Below, piece by piece: positions 56,234-64,000 of a stretch of DNA of 64,000 nucleotides. Both the position numbers and the translations under genes were made by a program. Position 1 is the first letter of the stretch, and every line of letters starts with the position of its first letter. The notes beneath the pieces are model-generated. The model made no database searches. It saw only the letters and a list, made by a program, of their open reading frames with translations, and was not told where the DNA came from. The stretch is from contig JASGUQ010000040.1 of NCBI GenBank assembly GCA_030057655.1, forward strand, positions 1,820 through 65,819, in the 5' to 3' direction. This DNA comes from Bacillota bacterium. GTDB lineage: Bacteria; Bacillota; Clostridia; Christensenellales; Aristaeellaceae.

Positions 56234-57856
56234 TTATTGAACGGCGTCCTTGGCGTCCTGATAGATCTTGACGACCTCTTCAATGCCCAGGGACTTCAGC
56301 TGTTCGATGAAGGCGGGGTACTCGGCCTCGATGTCTCCCTGACCGGTCAGCCAGGCGACCTCCTGCTCAACCATGGCGTTGCGAAGTGGCGTCATCAGAA
56401 CCGCGATGCGCTCGTTGGCCTCAGAAGAAAGGACGACGCTGGGATAGAACTCCTTCACGGCAAACGGCGCGTAAATGGAGGACAGGCGGTATTTCAGGTC
56501 GGTCCTCTTGGAGCCAGTGTTGCCATTCGGGTAGATGGTGTCAAACTTTTCAACCATCTGATCGGTCAAGAGCCCCGGCAGGCCGCGGGTGGTGGTCTGC
56601 AGCAGCCACTCATCGCCGTTGACGCCCTCGGGCGGCGCGATGCGAGTCCAGCTGCCATCCTCATTCTTTCTGGTGTGGGTGCCAAACTGACCCCAGATCT
56701 CCTGGATGCTGTTGTCCGGCGTATACAGGTAGTCCGCCCACTTCAGAAGCAGTTCGGGATTTTCCACGGTGGAAGCGATGCACAGGCGGTTGGTGTTGAT
56801 GCCGGCGGCCTGGTTCTCCCAGAGCACGGTGCCATCCGGCCCCTTGAGCGGGGGCAGCGGCACATACTCCTCATCCCCTGTGCCCAGCTCGTTGTCTTCA
56901 CCCAGGATGCGGGCATTGCCCACAGTGGAGCTGCCGGTCCAGTCGATGAACACGCCGTAGACAGGGGTCTCTTCAAGGCCCTTGGCGTAGTAGCGCTTGG
57001 CGTCCTGGGTGTAGGCTTCAGGGTCGATCAGGCCGGCGTCCCACAAGCCGCGGATGTACTTGGCAGCCTGGATGTAGCGCTCATCCTGGATGGCGTAGAA
57101 GGCCTTGCCTTCCTGGACGTTGAGCTGGCTGGCCATGCCGATGATGCCAAAGGGAGCGTACAGAAGGGCGGAGGGCGTCTCAGCCCAGCCTTTGTAGACA
57201 AAGGACAGCGGGATCTCGTCCGCCTGGCCGTTGCCGTTAGGATCCTTTTCTTTAAAGGCGGTCAAAACGGCCTGCAGCTCTTCCGTGGTGGTGGGCATCT
57301 CAAGGCCCAGCTTGTCCAGCCAGGTCTTGTTGATGAAGGCTGTGGTCTTCACATACACGCCGTTGCCGGGCCAGACTGAATACATGTTGACCTGCGGGAG
57401 GCCATAGATCTTGCCGTCCGGCATGGTGACTGCCGTTTTGACAGCGGGCATGGCTTCCAGGATGGCGGAGAAATTGGGCATATGCTCCAGGTAATCGGAT
57501 ACGGGGAGCAGCGCGCCTGCCATACCGTAGGTCAGCACCTGGGAGTTGTCCAGGGTGTTGACAAAGACATCAGGCAGATCGCCGGAAGCAAAAGTGGTCG
57601 CGATGCGCTCCGCCTTGGAGGTGGAGGGCACAACAGTCCAATCAAACTTGACGTTGGTTTCCTTTTCGCGCTCAAGGTAGAGCGACTTGGTGCTGGCGTC
57701 GCCGGTATCCAGGGCATGCTGGACCACCATGGCCGTATAGGTGACCGGGGTCTCGGTTAGGGGCAGCTGGGGCTCTGTGATCACCGGTTCCGCGGCTGCG
57801 CTGAGAGCGGACAGCAGCAACAGAGCGCAAAGCAACAGGGATGTCAGTCTTTTCAT
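56234..57856 (-). CDS. large extracellular solute-binding protein (LplA-like)
   Basis: 540 aa, signal peptide MKRLTSLLLCALLLLSALSAAA. Size and sequence style match LplA-type SBPs, and it is adjacent to LplB/C-type permeases. Confidence 0.88.
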   Translation of the reverse strand: MKRLTSLLLCALLLLSALSAAAEPVITEPQLPLTETPVTYTAMVVQHALDTGDASTKSLYLEREKETNVKFDWTVVPSTSKAERIATTFASGDLPDVFVNTLDNSQVLTYGMAGALLPVSDYLEHMPNFSAILEAMPAVKTAVTMPDGKIYGLPQVNMYSVWPGNGVYVKTTAFINKTWLDKLGLEMPTTTEELQAVLTAFKEKDPNGNGQADEIPLSFVYKGWAETPSALLYAPFGIIGMASQLNVQEGKAFYAIQDERYIQAAKYIRGLWDAGLIDPEAYTQDAKRYYAKGLEETPVYGVFIDWTGSSTVGNARILGEDNELGTGDEEYVPLPPLKGPDGTVLWENQAAGINTNRLCIASTVENPELLLKWADYLYTPDNSIQEIWGQFGTHTRKNEDGSWTRIAPPEGVNGDEWLLQTTTRGLPGLLTDQMVEKFDTIYPNGNTGSKRTDLKYRLSSIYAPFAVKEFYPSVVLSSEANERIAVLMTPLRNAMVEQEVAWLTGQGDIEAEYPAFIEQLKSLGIEEVVKIYQDAKDAVQ

Positions 57857-57883
57857 TTGTTTACCTCCATGATTTATTCACAA

Positions 57884-58816
57884 TCAGCCCTTTACAGAGC
57901 CAATCATTACGCCTTTGACAAAATGCTTTTCAACAAAGGGGAAGATGATGAGCAAGGGCAAGGTGCCCGCGACGACAACAATGTATTTAACGGATTCCGA
58001 AATGCGGAGCAATTCCACCACAGCGGTCGCGTTCTCGATGTTTTCGCCGGTCCTCGCGCTTTGCATGGCCACCTCAGCCTTCAAAAGGATATCGCGAAGT
58101 ACCAGCTGCAAAGGGTACATCTCTTCTTTGGTAATATAGAGCATGGCGTTCCAGTAGGACAGCCAGTGTCCCACCGCGTAGAACAGGCCGATGACCGCGA
58201 TGATGGCTGTGGAATTGGGCAGGACGATCCTGATGAAAAAGCCGATGTTGTTGCAGCCGTCGATATGGGCGGCATCCTGCAGTTCATCCGGAATGGATGT
58301 GGTGAGGAAGGTGCGGGTGATGATCAGGTTCCAGGTGGAGATGGCGCCGGGCAGCACCAAAGCGCCGATGGTGTTGAGCAGCTTCAGATCTTTAACAAGC
58401 AGGTAGGTGGGGATCATGCCGCCGCCGAAGAACATGGTCACCAGCACCATCCAGTTGAGAGGTTTTCTGAGCGCAAACGTCTTGCGGGAGAGGACAAAAG
58501 CGCCAGTCATTGTGAGGACAAGATTGATAAGGGTGCCAATGGTCGTGTAGACAGCCGTGTTGGCGTATCCGCGCCAGAGGGCTTCATTCTCCATGACACG
58601 CTTGAACCCCTCGTAGTTGGAACCTGTCGGCAAAAGCAGCACGCGCCCGGCGAAGACCTCGGAAGGCGAGGAGATGGCCGAGATAAAGACCAGGTACATC
58701 GGGTAAAAGAAGATCAGCGTCAAAACCAGCAAAATCAGCCCATTGATCAGGTCAAAACGCCAGTCGCCCTGAATTTTCGACTGCTTGATCCAGGATTTCT
58801 TCTTCATCTTGTCCAT
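57884..58816 (-). CDS. ABC sugar permease (LplC-like)
   Basis: EAA loop QDAAHIDGCNNIGFFIRIVLPNS; six TM helices. Confidence 0.9.
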   Translation of the reverse strand: MDKMKKKSWIKQSKIQGDWRFDLINGLILLVLTLIFFYPMYLVFISAISSPSEVFAGRVLLLPTGSNYEGFKRVMENEALWRGYANTAVYTTIGTLINLVLTMTGAFVLSRKTFALRKPLNWMVLVTMFFGGGMIPTYLLVKDLKLLNTIGALVLPGAISTWNLIITRTFLTTSIPDELQDAAHIDGCNNIGFFIRIVLPNSTAIIAVIGLFYAVGHWLSYWNAMLYITKEEMYPLQLVLRDILLKAEVAMQSARTGENIENATAVVELLRISESVKYIVVVAGTLPLLIIFPFVEKHFVKGVMIGSVKG

Positions 58817-58829
58817 CAGCCCGCCTCCC

Positions 58830-59741
58830 TTACAGGATGCCGCTGCCGGAAACGCGCCTGGAAAGCGTGTTGGCGAACAGCAGCAAAATGAAGTTGACCA
58901 CGGAATTGAACATGCCGATGGCTGAGGAATAGGAATACTGACCGGAAATCAGGCCGGCTTTGTATGAATAGGTGGACACGATCTCCGTCACAGAGATGTT
59001 GGTGGCGCTTTGCATCAGGTAGACCTTCTCATGCCCCACGCTCATCAGCCCGCCGATGGCCAATATCAGGGTGATGGACATGGTTGGCAGGATGGACGGG
59101 ATATCAATGTGCCAAACGCGCTGAAACTTGCTTGCGCCGTCCACTGTGGCTGCCTCATACAGCTCCGGATTGACGCTGGTGAGGGCGCCGGTGTAGATGA
59201 TGGTGCTCCAGCCCGCGCCCTGCCAGATGCCGGAGATCAGGTAGGTGGGCAAAAAGGAGGACGCTTTGTTGAAGTCGATCGCCTCGCCGCCAAGGGCCCT
59301 GATAATCTGGTTGATGGCGCCAACCTGGTTGTTGGTGAACAGGGCCAGCATGCCCACAACAACGACCGTGGACACAAAGTGCGGCATGTAAAAGACAGTC
59401 TGCACGGTCTTTCTGATGCGCTGAGACGGCATGGCGTTGAACATGAGCGCCAGAATGATGGGAAGAGGATAACTGAAGATCAGAGATGAAATGGAGATAC
59501 GCAGGGTGTTTCCGATGTACTGAAAGCTGGACGGCAGGCTCAGAAAATTGATGAAATGTTTAAATCCGACAAACTTGCTCCCTGCCATGCCGCGCCAGGG
59601 GTTGTAATCCATAAAGGCAATCTGCAGGCCGTACATGGGGCCATAGCAGAAGATGATGTAATACACCACCATGGGCACCGCCATGAGGTAGAGATCCCAG
59701 TTGCGGACCGCATCCCGCTTTAAGTAGCGCCAATAACGCAA
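58830..59741 (-). CDS. ABC sugar permease (LplB-like)
   Basis: EAA loop YEAATVDGASKFQRVWHIDIPSILP; six TM helices. The start codon is a TTG. Confidence 0.9.
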   Translation of the reverse strand: MRYWRYLKRDAVRNWDLYLMAVPMVVYYIIFCYGPMYGLQIAFMDYNPWRGMAGSKFVGFKHFINFLSLPSSFQYIGNTLRISISSLIFSYPLPIILALMFNAMPSQRIRKTVQTVFYMPHFVSTVVVVGMLALFTNNQVGAINQIIRALGGEAIDFNKASSFLPTYLISGIWQGAGWSTIIYTGALTSVNPELYEAATVDGASKFQRVWHIDIPSILPTMSITLILAIGGLMSVGHEKVYLMQSATNISVTEIVSTYSYKAGLISGQYSYSSAIGMFNSVVNFILLLFANTLSRRVSGSGIL

Positions 59742-59958
59742 AATCTTTCGTCTCCTCCCTTTATGTTGCCCATGTTGTCAGATTAACACAGTTTTAGATT
59801 TAATTCCATGCACAAATGTTCAGAATTGTAAATTCCCGATATATTTCATGAAAAAGGCTTGAAAAGCGACCATTTAAGCGTGTTTTTGACAAACACCCCG
59901 TTTCTGAACAAATCAGTAAGAAGAAATTGCGGCCTTGCCCCCATAAACAGCGGCGCGG

Positions 59959-59987
59959 TTGAAGCAAACCCGCAATTGTGGTAGGAT
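59959..59987 (+). promoter_or_regulatory. candidate promoter TTGAAG-N17-TAGGAT with a TGn extension
   Basis: Read directly, ~30 nt upstream of the ATG at 60017. Confidence 0.3.
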
Positions 59988-60016
59988 AAAGTGAGTCTGA
60001 TTGCAGGAGGTCGCCA

Positions 60017-61555
60017 ATGCAAAAAAAGTTGCTTTTGCTGATGCTCTCAGCCATTTTTCTGTTCACGCTGTTTCCAGCAGTACATGCCGAAACCAACAAC
60101 TATACCTTCAGCGATGTTCACGCTGCCCTCACCCTGCCCGAAGGCGTCTATCAGACTGTGCTGACGCCCGAAAACCTGGCACAGAACGAGGACTTTATCC
60201 AGTCCCAGGGCGGCAGCGTCGCCACCTGGGAGGCGGATTTTAAGGCGCGCGGCATTCTCCTTCAGGCTTATGACACCGCAAACGACCGCATCCTTCTGGT
60301 CACAGCCCTCAAGGATGTGGACGGGCAGAACCTGTTTGACATCAACGAACATCCAACCGATGTGCGCGCCCGCTACCGCATCTCGCACGGCGCTTCAGGC
60401 TCGTACAACATCTTGGGCTACCGCTATGACTCTGTTTCCTGGAAAAGCTATAAGGACATCGGTCGCTTCCTCCAACTGCGCTATCAGTACCGCTTGAACG
60501 GGAGCGTAGCCCACCGGGGCTATCAGCGCCGCACCATCCGCAACGGCCACACCATCACGGTGGACATGCAGGTTTATGGCCGCCAGCTGAACGCCCAGGA
60601 CAATGCCGCGCTCAACAAGGTCTTCAACACCTTCACTTTTTCCCAGATTTTGCCCATGCCCGTTCTACCGATCTCACTGGACGAAACGCAGACTGCCCCT
60701 GCTGAAACAGGCAACGCCACCTTTACCATGAAGGGCAAGACCAAGCCCGAGGCCACCCTTCACGCTGTCCTGATTTCCTTTTCCAACAACACCACCAAGG
60801 TCTTTGACGCAAAAGCCAATAAAGCCGGTAAATATTCACTGAAAATCACGCTGCCGGGCGAGGACGTCTATGTGATGACCCTGACAGTGCGCAAGGAAGG
60901 GCTTGAAGACTTCAGCAAATCCTACAATATTCTCTATAAAGAAGGGATCCTGCCTGTACAGATTATTTCAGCGCCGCCTGAAACCTATTCCGGCAACCAG
61001 CTGACGCTCTCCGGCATCACCTCAGAAGCCGGGGTCACAGCTGCCCTCACGGTCAACGGCGTTTCTACAAGCAAAAAAGTGGCCCGGAACAAGGAATTTG
61101 CTTTTGACATTGATACCACAAAGGAAGGGACCTATGACATCCGCCTGGTGCTTTCCAAACGCAACTTTGAAGACCGCGTGTTCACCTACACCACCCAGAA
61201 GACCGTGAGCCAGGAAGCAAAGCAGGAGGCTGAAAGGTCGCAGGCGCTGCGTCCCGCATACGCTGATCTGATTGCCAACCCCAACAACTATGACGGCAAG
61301 CTGCTCCGTTTTGAAGGAACTTTGATTGAAAAGCAGAATGAAACGGATTCCTGGGTCCTGCGCTTTGCCATCAGGAAGACCAACGCCGGGTTTGAGGACA
61401 TCCTGCTGATCACCACCGACACGGAACCCGACCTGCCGCTTAACACGGCGGCAGCGGTCTATGGCGTTATGACCGGCATGAACATTTCAACAGACGCGGA
61501 CGGCAAGGAATATTCTTTGCCCAAGTTGACTTTGAACCACTTGAGCGCGCTTTGA
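60017..61555 (+). CDS. secreted hypothetical multi-domain protein
   Basis: GGAGG RBS and the signal peptide MQKKLLLLMLSAIFLFTLFPAVHA. The middle part has Ig-like beta-rich segments (…KAGKYSLKITLPGEDVYVMTLTV…). No recognised family. Confidence 0.7.
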   Translation: MQKKLLLLMLSAIFLFTLFPAVHAETNNYTFSDVHAALTLPEGVYQTVLTPENLAQNEDFIQSQGGSVATWEADFKARGILLQAYDTANDRILLVTALKDVDGQNLFDINEHPTDVRARYRISHGASGSYNILGYRYDSVSWKSYKDIGRFLQLRYQYRLNGSVAHRGYQRRTIRNGHTITVDMQVYGRQLNAQDNAALNKVFNTFTFSQILPMPVLPISLDETQTAPAETGNATFTMKGKTKPEATLHAVLISFSNNTTKVFDAKANKAGKYSLKITLPGEDVYVMTLTVRKEGLEDFSKSYNILYKEGILPVQIISAPPETYSGNQLTLSGITSEAGVTAALTVNGVSTSKKVARNKEFAFDIDTTKEGTYDIRLVLSKRNFEDRVFTYTTQKTVSQEAKQEAERSQALRPAYADLIANPNNYDGKLLRFEGTLIEKQNETDSWVLRFAIRKTNAGFEDILLITTDTEPDLPLNTAAAVYGVMTGMNISTDADGKEYSLPKLTLNHLSAL

Positions 61556-61601
61556 TCGCAAACCAATCAGAACAATAAAACAAAGGTGGGGGGAAACAGA
61601 C

Positions 61602-62813
61602 ATGGATAATTTTTTGTCGGATTGGGACGAGAATCTGAACAGCATGCCCTATGGTCCTCTTGGCATCATTGCCATGCGGGGTATGGATACCCTTGGCGCC
61701 AATGTCAATGAGTATCTTCTGAAATGGCATGAGCTTCAGAATCTGCAGGATGAGGAATTCTATACCTCGCCCGGACTTGGGAGGGATGATTTTCTTGTTG
61801 AAGCGGTCTGCCCTCGTTTTGGTACAGGAGAAGGAAAGGGTGTTATCCGTGAGAGTGTCCGCGGATTGGACATTTATATTCTGATCGACGTCTGCGCTTA
61901 CAACATCAGGTATCGGATGTATGACCTTGAGGTGCCCATGTCCCCTGATGATCACTTCCAGGACCTCAAGCGCATCATCGCGGCCATCGCCGGCAAGGCG
62001 AAGCGCGTCAATGTCATCATGCCCATGCTTTACGAATCCCGCCAGCACCGCCGCAACACGCGCGAAAGCCTGGACTGCGCCATGGCGCTGCAGGAGCTGG
62101 AGCATATGGGCGTCGCCAACATCATCACCTTTGACGCCCATGATCCCCGTGTGATGAACGCGGTTCCCCTTTGCGGTTTTGAAAATGTTCAGCCCACCTA
62201 CCAGATGCTCAAGGCCCTTTTGCGCTCGGTCAAGGACCTGCGCATTGATAAGGAACACATGATGATCGTCAGCCCTGATGAAGGCGCTGTAAACCGCAAC
62301 ATCTATTATTCTTCCGTGATGGCCCTTGAACTGGGCATGTTCTATAAGCGGCGTGACTACACAACGATCGTTTCCGGGCGCAACCCGATTGTCGCCCATG
62401 AGTACCTGGGCGAGTCGGTTGAAGGCAAAGACATCATCGTGGCCGATGACATCCTTTCCTCCGGCGACTCCTTGCTGGATCTGGCGAGAGAGCTTAAAAA
62501 GCGCAAGGCAAACCGTATTTTCTGCATTGTGACCTTTGCCTTCTTCACAAACGGCATTCAGGACTTTGAAAAGGCTTACCAGCAGGGTATCATCTCCAAG
62601 GTTATTACCACCAACCTGTCCTATATCAAGCCTGAGCTTAAAGAGACCAAATGGTTTGTGGAAGCGGATCTGAGCAAATACATTTCTTACCTCATCGCGA
62701 CCCTGAACCATGACCGCAGCCTCTCCGCGCTGCTGAACCCCTACAACCGCATCAAATCTCTGATGTCCCGCTACCGCGCGGAACAGGCAGCCAGCGGAAT
62801 CCGCCTGATTTAG
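61602..62813 (+). CDS. divergent long-form ribose-phosphate pyrophosphokinase homologue
   Basis: Prs-like blocks …VRGLDIYILIDV…, …VNVIMPMLYESRQHRR…, …ITFDAHDP… and the PRPP loop DIIVADDILSSGDS. At 403 aa it is ~90 aa longer than canonical Prs because of insertions. Confidence 0.8.
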   Translation: MDNFLSDWDENLNSMPYGPLGIIAMRGMDTLGANVNEYLLKWHELQNLQDEEFYTSPGLGRDDFLVEAVCPRFGTGEGKGVIRESVRGLDIYILIDVCAYNIRYRMYDLEVPMSPDDHFQDLKRIIAAIAGKAKRVNVIMPMLYESRQHRRNTRESLDCAMALQELEHMGVANIITFDAHDPRVMNAVPLCGFENVQPTYQMLKALLRSVKDLRIDKEHMMIVSPDEGAVNRNIYYSSVMALELGMFYKRRDYTTIVSGRNPIVAHEYLGESVEGKDIIVADDILSSGDSLLDLARELKKRKANRIFCIVTFAFFTNGIQDFEKAYQQGIISKVITTNLSYIKPELKETKWFVEADLSKYISYLIATLNHDRSLSALLNPYNRIKSLMSRYRAEQAASGIRLI

Positions 62814-62829
62814 ATTTTTGGGAGAGCTC

Positions 62830-63264
62830 ATGCAGCCGGATGAAAACAACTTGCCCGTAAATGAGGAGCAGCCGCGCAAGAAACAGGGCATCCTTGAAAA
62901 ATCAAAAGGCTTCCTTCAGTCAGCCGTTGACTCCATCTCCGGCAAGGATCTGCCAAAGCTGGTTGAGGAATTTACCCGGGACATGGTCGTCATAGCAGAA
63001 GGCTTGTCAGAGGATCAGGCGGCGCTACGCGGCGCGCTCACACTTCAAGGTGAGGAGCAGGATGAACTCTCTGAGCGCTTGCGCGAACAGGAAAAGAAGC
63101 TGAACGAGCTTCAAAAGAAAGTTGACGCCTTAACCTTAAGGAATGAAAAGCGGAAAAAAGGCGAGACCGGCCTGGTCTATGTCCTGCGCCAGGCCACCTG
63201 GCTGGCGGCCGTCATCGGCGGTTTCTGGCTGGCGGTCACCCTTGTCCGCGCATTGGTAAAATAA
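62830..63264 (+). CDS. tail-anchored coiled-coil protein, unknown function
   Basis: GGGAGAG RBS before the ATG at 62830. Heptad-rich centre (…LSERLREQEKKLNELQKKVDALTLRNEKRKK…) and a single C-terminal TM helix WLAAVIGGFWLAVTLV. Confidence 0.55.
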   Translation: MQPDENNLPVNEEQPRKKQGILEKSKGFLQSAVDSISGKDLPKLVEEFTRDMVVIAEGLSEDQAALRGALTLQGEEQDELSERLREQEKKLNELQKKVDALTLRNEKRKKGETGLVYVLRQATWLAAVIGGFWLAVTLVRALVK

Positions 63265-63265
63265 G

Positions 63266-63748
63266 ATGAATTATCAGGAAATGCTCAAAACCTATCAGGA
63301 TCGAAACCGCAGCACGCTGACTGACGGCATCACCACCGCCCTCTCCTACGCGGATGAGGTTTCTGTCAGTTTGGGTCTTCTGGAGGACACCGGGCTGTTA
63401 AGCGAGGTCCTGGACACGATCTCTTTCAGCCTGCCCTTCGCCGTCATTGCCATTACCGAACAGGGCGCTGTGGTTCTTGGCAAAAAGACGCAGAAGGCCG
63501 CCCTGCAGGACGGCTCCTACCGCATGCTGAAGACAGGAGCCGGCATGGCAGCCGGCGCCGCTGCCATCGCGGCCGGCCTTGGCGCGCTGCCTGCCGTGCC
63601 CATCGCCGTTGGAACCCGCCTGATGGTGGATAAGTACCGCAACCAGGCGCTGACCGCATATCGCGTGAAGCAGCGTACCCAGCGCCTGAAGGCGCTTGTG
63701 AAGCAACGGGGCTGGGACAGGGACGAAGCCGAAGAAATGAAAAATTAA
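63266..63748 (+). CDS. small membrane protein, unknown function
   Basis: Its start lies 1 nt after the upstream stop (TAAgATG). Two hydrophobic segments (ISFSLPFAVIAI and GAGMAAGAAAIAAGLGALPAVPIAV) and a basic/acidic tail. Confidence 0.6.
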   Translation: MNYQEMLKTYQDRNRSTLTDGITTALSYADEVSVSLGLLEDTGLLSEVLDTISFSLPFAVIAITEQGAVVLGKKTQKAALQDGSYRMLKTGAGMAAGAAAIAAGLGALPAVPIAVGTRLMVDKYRNQALTAYRVKQRTQRLKALVKQRGWDRDEAEEMKN

Positions 63749-63770
63749 CATGGATTAAAAACAACTGTTT

Positions 63771-63930
63771 ATACTGATGTAAAGCTTTATTGCATCCAAA
63801 GCGGCGTGAGATTATGTCGCCCTGCAAGGAAGAAAACCGAAGGCGTAGCCTGAGCTACGTTGAGGTTGACTGACACAGCAGGGCGGCATAAGATCCGGCG
63901 CGACGATGCAATAAAGATTGGAATCAGTAT
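63771..63930 (+). ncRNA. candidate ~160-nt rod-like structured RNA (or DNA inverted repeat); identity unknown
   Basis: Nested complementarity read directly. ATACTGAT (63771-78) pairs with ATCAGTAT (63923-30). CTTTATTGCATC (63785-96) pairs with GATGCAATAAAG (63905-16). TTATGTCGCCCTGC (63812-25) pairs with GCAGGGCGGCATAA (63878-91). A symmetric 16x16-nt bubble flanks an apical hairpin GGCGTAGC-CTGA-GCTACGTT (63842-61). Confidence 0.35.
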
Positions 63931-63935
63931 TATTT

Positions 63936-63974
63936 AAAAGAGAGCCGCCATTTCTGGCAGCTCTCTTTTAAAAT
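63936..63974. terminator. A/T-flanked (bidirectional-type) intrinsic terminator
   Basis: AAAAGAGAGCCGCC-ATTTCT-GGCAGCTCTCTTTT with one mismatch, flanked by A4 and T4. Confidence 0.6.
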
Positions 63975-64000
63975 CGTTTGCTGTATCAGTTCCGCAGTTA

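Noticed and set aside
61467-62891. 474-aa minus-strand ORF covering the whole Prs-like gene
   Set aside because: The plus-strand frame carries Prs motifs. The minus-strand product has no motifs, no RBS, and would overlap three plus-strand genes.
63771-63930. Assignment of the terminal inverted-repeat element to SRP RNA, tmRNA, RNase P, a T-box or a retron msr/msd
   Set aside because: The conserved strings I know for these RNAs are absent: the SRP domain IV GGAA/AGCA loops, the T-box GGUGGUACCGCG, and the tmRNA tag frame. No reverse transcriptase gene can be seen within the window. It is kept only as an unclassified candidate.
1-64000. CRISPR arrays, IS elements, integrases, prophage genes or tandem direct repeats
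   Set aside because: I looked for regularly spaced direct repeats, terminal inverted repeats flanking transposase-like ORFs, and phage or integrase motifs, and recognised none. The only internal repeat found is the protein-level duplication at 35210..36173.

Overview
A 64-kb chromosomal window from a GC-rich Gram-positive genome. I infer Bacillota, probably Clostridia, from three things: a CIRCE-controlled hrcA-grpE-dnaK-dnaJ operon, purR-pth-mfd synteny, and an LCP/Wzx/Wzy capsule locus. I found no rRNA, CRISPR array, transposase, integrase or phage genes.

Layout:
1. 1-21.9 kb, all minus strand. A roughly 20-gene Wzx/Wzy-type surface-polysaccharide locus. It encodes what look like complete routes to a bacillosamine-type 2,4-diamino sugar and to UDP-2,3-diacetamido-mannuronic acid. 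It also carries a TviB/TviC-like dehydrogenase/epimerase pair, two GT4 transferases, a CapK-like adenylating enzyme, a Wzz fused to a P-loop-less kinase remnant, an LCP ligase, and two trailing secreted proteins.
2. 22-33 kb. Housekeeping and miscellaneous genes: an FN3-repeat exoprotein, corA, mfd, pth, purR, a solitary tRNA-Ala(CGC), ald, and an extracellular FMN/FAD flavoprotein reductase.
3. 33.3-46.4 kb, plus strand. This is the most unusual block. It is a nine-gene ABC-like glycan locus with two solute-binding proteins (SBPs), one of them a 958-aa fusion with duplicated beta-sandwich modules. It has two permease pairs and no ATPase. Wedged between the permease pairs are a beta-propeller/TPR anchor protein, a Yip1-like membrane protein and a DUF5696 exoprotein, all of unknown function.
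4. 46.5-51.3 kb. The heat-shock operon, with a perfect CIRCE.
5. 51.6-63.7 kb. An HxlR regulator, secreted unknowns, NUDIX, GNAT, an LplABC-like sugar importer with a TIM-barrel isomerase, a long divergent Prs homologue, and two coupled small membrane proteins.
6. 63.77-63.97 kb. A roughly 160-nt rod-like inverted-repeat RNA candidate followed by a terminator.

Limits: CDS coordinates are anchored to the supplied ORF track. Coordinates of non-coding features were hand-counted and may be off by 1-2 nt. All family assignments come from motif recognition by eye, not from searches.
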